Below are positions 60,631-64,000 of a stretch of 64,000 bases of DNA, piece by piece. Position numbers and translations under genes: made by a program. Each line of letters opens with the position of its first letter. The stretch's first letter is position 1. Source of the stretch: Antedon mediterranea (lineage: Eukaryota; Animalia; Echinodermata); assembly GCF_964355755.1 (NCBI RefSeq), contig NC_092673.1, positions 9,424,001 through 9,488,000 on the forward strand, written 5' to 3'. Under the pieces are notes generated by a model that did not search any database, was not told the DNA's origin, and worked only from the letters and a program-made list of their open reading frames with translations.

Positions 60631-63600
60631 GTAAATAAGAAGATTAAACGAGAACTTACCTGTTCGAAGTTTGATCTTAATTTTATGAGGTAGGTGTAAG
60701 TGAGTGATAACATGAGATCCCGTTGCGCACGCGCACATCGGTCTTCAACATGAGGCCAGAGTTGCATCTGTATGGAATTTCTGACTAAGTGGAGCGAAAC
60801 TCAATAATCAAGTTTATAACATATTGGAGCTGTCTTCCATTTATTAAAGCTCAGTTAATTCAAGGGTAAGGCATGGAGGGCATGTTATCTCTCACTTACA
60901 CCTACCAGTACTTCATAAAATAAAGATCAAACTTCGAACAGGTAAGTTCTCGTTTAATCTTCTTATTTTATTTTGCTACGGTGATCGTTCTAGATCACAT
61001 GAGAGTTTAAAGAAACTCTTGCCTCAACAACCAGTTTGTTTGGGTAAATAATAACGACACATGTAATTAAATAACATTGATATTTATTATTTAAATAACA
61101 TTTTGATTGCTGGGTATAACTTCCCAACATGGGATTTCAAACTTAATCCCAAACACAACTTGTATTGCAAAAAACACTTTTAACAACCTATACTCCAACT
61201 TGCTATGAAGTATAGCATTTAGAGCAACAGTTATTAGCATTAGCCATTTAAAATATAATGTTTTGTAGGAACTATTTTTCTGTGTATAACAATCCCATCA
61301 TGGAATATTAAACTCAATTAACAAACACAACATGTAACTGTACTACAGTTATAACAATTTATCAAACTAACTCAATAAAGTGTGCGCTTGTTAGTTATGG
61401 TAATTAGTGCGAGAGCAAAGTTATAACTGTCTTCACAAATGGGTTTATTATCATAAATATGATCCAAATGTTTTTTCACTGTTCCAACCCACATGTTGCA
61501 AAATATCAGAGACTGGAAGCATAGATCGTTTTACTTTTGAAACTGCTGCCGACCTAGTTGAGTGAGCTTTCAACTGTATAACATCAATTCCTAAAATTTG
61601 AATCTCACATTTAATCCATCGTGCTATAGTGTCAGTTGAAACTCTCTTAGATTTTTTATAGCTTATAAATATATACTCTTCACCATTGCGAAGGTATTTC
61701 GTGCGGTCAATGTATTATACCAACGCAGTGTAAACACAAATATTAGGGTCTGGTAGATATTTCTTGATATTGAGGTGGCAACCCGTCGGCTTTCCTGGTC
61801 TGTTCTGTTTCAATAATTCATTTATTTTGAAATTTACCGACGACGTCGTCACTTGCTTGGTGTCTATGTTTTGCAAATGGAGTGTTTGTTGACGTTTTGC
61901 AGTGACTATAGAGCTAACAGCATGCATGTTTTTAGGGTCAAATCTCGAAGGTTGAGAGATTCAACTGGAGACTGTTTCTATATAAGATTAAGTACTGGTT
62001 TTACATACCATGTAGTGTTAGAGTGAGGTGCAGGTGGTTTCAGGTTAAAGACGCCTTTCATGAATTTTCCTAACGGAGTGCCATCTTTGAGGGTCACAAA
62101 CGATGACAATGCAGCTTTTGCGATGTTGAGAGCGCTATATCCTAACGTAGGATATAATGATATCCTAACGTAGGATATAGTGCAGTAAAAACATCCAGAA
62201 ATTTTACGACAGTGGTATGCATAGAATTAATCTGTCGTTGATGCGAAAATTCCAGTCATTTGTTAACATATATAGTATTGTTTTTTTTTTCTTCTGAAAA
62301 GCCATTGTCTTTGAAGATTTCCCGGACAACCTGCAACACATAAGGTATAATCGTTTGTAAAGTGGGTGGTCTCGACTGGAAACCGGTTGAGTAATTATAT
62401 TTTTCCCAGATGGAAGTATTATTGGCTCTTCAATTAATGAGAGTAGCTTAGCAAACCAGGGTTGTGAAGGCCATAAACCCATCCGATTCTTCCACCTCTA
62501 TTTTTCAAAGGCACTTTGCAATGATGCAAAATGGGGGAAATTAAATGCAAAGAAAATTGTTTTTCCCCAATGAAGTGTAAACGCATCAATAGCAATTGCG
62601 TTTGGGTCTGGTTTCCATGATACAAATCTTCTCACTTGAGCATTGAGGTGCGATGCAAACAAATCTATATCAAGTTTTCCATACTGTATACACAGTTTTT
62701 GGAAAACTGCCCCATCAAGTTCCCATTCTATTTGGTCATTAAACTTCCTAGATTTTGTATCAGCAATAACATTTTGAATTCCAGGTATGTATTGAGCAGT
62801 GACAAATATGTCTCTGGGTATCTCTGGGTATGCACCATTCCCAAATTTCTTTTGCCATAGCATTGCAAGCCTGTAATTTTATTCCCCCCCCCCCCCCATG
62901 TTATTTATATACACCATGCTGCAGTGGTATTGTCAATTTTTATCAAAACATGGCTATTTGAACTATTTACACAAAAGGCTTTTAGTGCAAACAAGGCAGC
63001 CTTCATTTCTAGATAGTTTATTTCATTTGACTTGATTTTTTCTATTTCTTTGGAATTCCATCTCCCCCCTATGTGAATAGAACCGTTTGACGCACCCCAT
63101 TCTAGGCCCGAATCATTACTAGTTAGGTTCACAGAGAGTACCCCATGATCTATTTTCTTTGTTGCCGATTTAGCATTTTCACTCCACCATTTGAGTTCCC
63201 TTTTAGCGGTTTGTGTGATGGCCATTTTTCTATCAAAGTGGCCCTTATTTAGTCTCAGTGCATAGATTTTGTCTTTTTCAAGCCCATGGTAATGGTCCAT
63301 ATTGAACACGAGCTTACCTATAACCGATGAGACAAAACGAATAGTGGGCCTAATTTTTGTAATCAGCAATTTACATTGATTACATATTTCTTGGGCCTTT
63401 TCTTTTGTGAGGCTTATTTTCATGATGCGAGAGTTTATTACAAATCCAAAAAATGTTATTTCCCTCACTGGCTCAATTACAGATTTAGATGGATGGATGG
63501 CAAACCCCAAGTTAGAAAATAGTTCTGCTGTTTATTTAGCAGCTTTTTTATTCTTAGCAATTATAATTGTATCATCAATGTAGGCAATAACAGTATGTAC
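60631..63600 (-). mobile_element. DIRS1-like tyrosine-recombinase retrotransposon (degenerate, 5'-truncated)
   Basis: RT YIDD at about 63575; RNase H (GWGA-like, INYLEM, IDNTTA); methyltransferase-like DIDLFAS and WPSQPWF; tyrosine recombinase AHSTRSAA at about 61560; inverted repeat 60631-60714 against 60881-60968 (ITR/ICR-like). Confidence 0.9.
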
Positions 63601-63619
63601 GGAGAAGCCGGCCCGGACG

Positions 63620-63760
63620 CGATTTTTTTTTTCGTACATAAGGAAACGTCACAAAATAAACATGAACACGGAACAAGAAAATTTAACTGATGAATTATTC
63701 ATGTTTATTTTGTGACGTTTCATGAGGGGTCCCCAACTTATATACGAAAAAAAAAATCAC
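63620..63760. repeat. Palindromic MITE-like hairpin truncating the DIRS element
   Basis: GATTTTTTTTTTCGTA..GAAACGTCACAAAATAAACATGAA is inverted against TTCATGTTTATTTTGTGACGTTTC..TACGAAAAAAAAAATC. Confidence 0.7.
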
Positions 63761-64000
63761 GGCCCGGACAGGGCGACCTTCCTATGCTTTCCACTATGCT
63801 TCATACTTACCGGCCCTGCGGGCGCGGTATTATGACTAATGACTTATGTAACGGTAACGTATACGATCTTACCGCGAAAGTTAGTGGTTTTTTCCAGTCC
63901 CTTACTTCTGAGTTCAAACCCTTTGAACCAAAAACCAATGATAGTAACACTGTAGTTCCACCCCATTTAATTATCACGCCAGAGACAATTGAGTCTAAGC

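Overview
This is AT-rich eukaryotic (animal) genomic DNA, not prokaryotic. The mix of Academ, Kolobok, hAT5-like, DIRS, Penelope, Tx1 and HINE elements suggests a marine invertebrate; that assignment is inference only. One large + strand spliced gene crosses the window. I reconstructed 14 GT-AG exons from 3426 to 57730 with consistent reading-frame phases, and the gene continues beyond the last exon found. It encodes a Ser/Thr-rich disordered N-terminus (four GSFxxF/YTxP-like repeats and an acidic LIR-like motif DEDEWVII) followed by a long coiled coil; I cannot name it. Its large exon 2 is interrupted by a young 927-bp Harbinger-type MITE that introduces a stop codon. The introns are packed with nested transposons: Penelope elements with hammerhead ribozyme motifs, Academ elements (one with transposase remnants, one a roughly 1.1-kb-arm foldback), L2/CR1, RTE, Rex1/Babar and Tx1 LINEs, a Gypsy solo LTR and pol fragment, a DIRS element, hAT, CMC, Kolobok and Tc2/pogo MITEs, HINEs and SINEs. 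The least explained signal is an array of three conserved, apparently structured repeats with unique spacers in the 3' UTR of an L2 element (45929-46204). Most short ORFs in the supplied track are spurious. Coordinates were counted by eye and may be off by a few bases.
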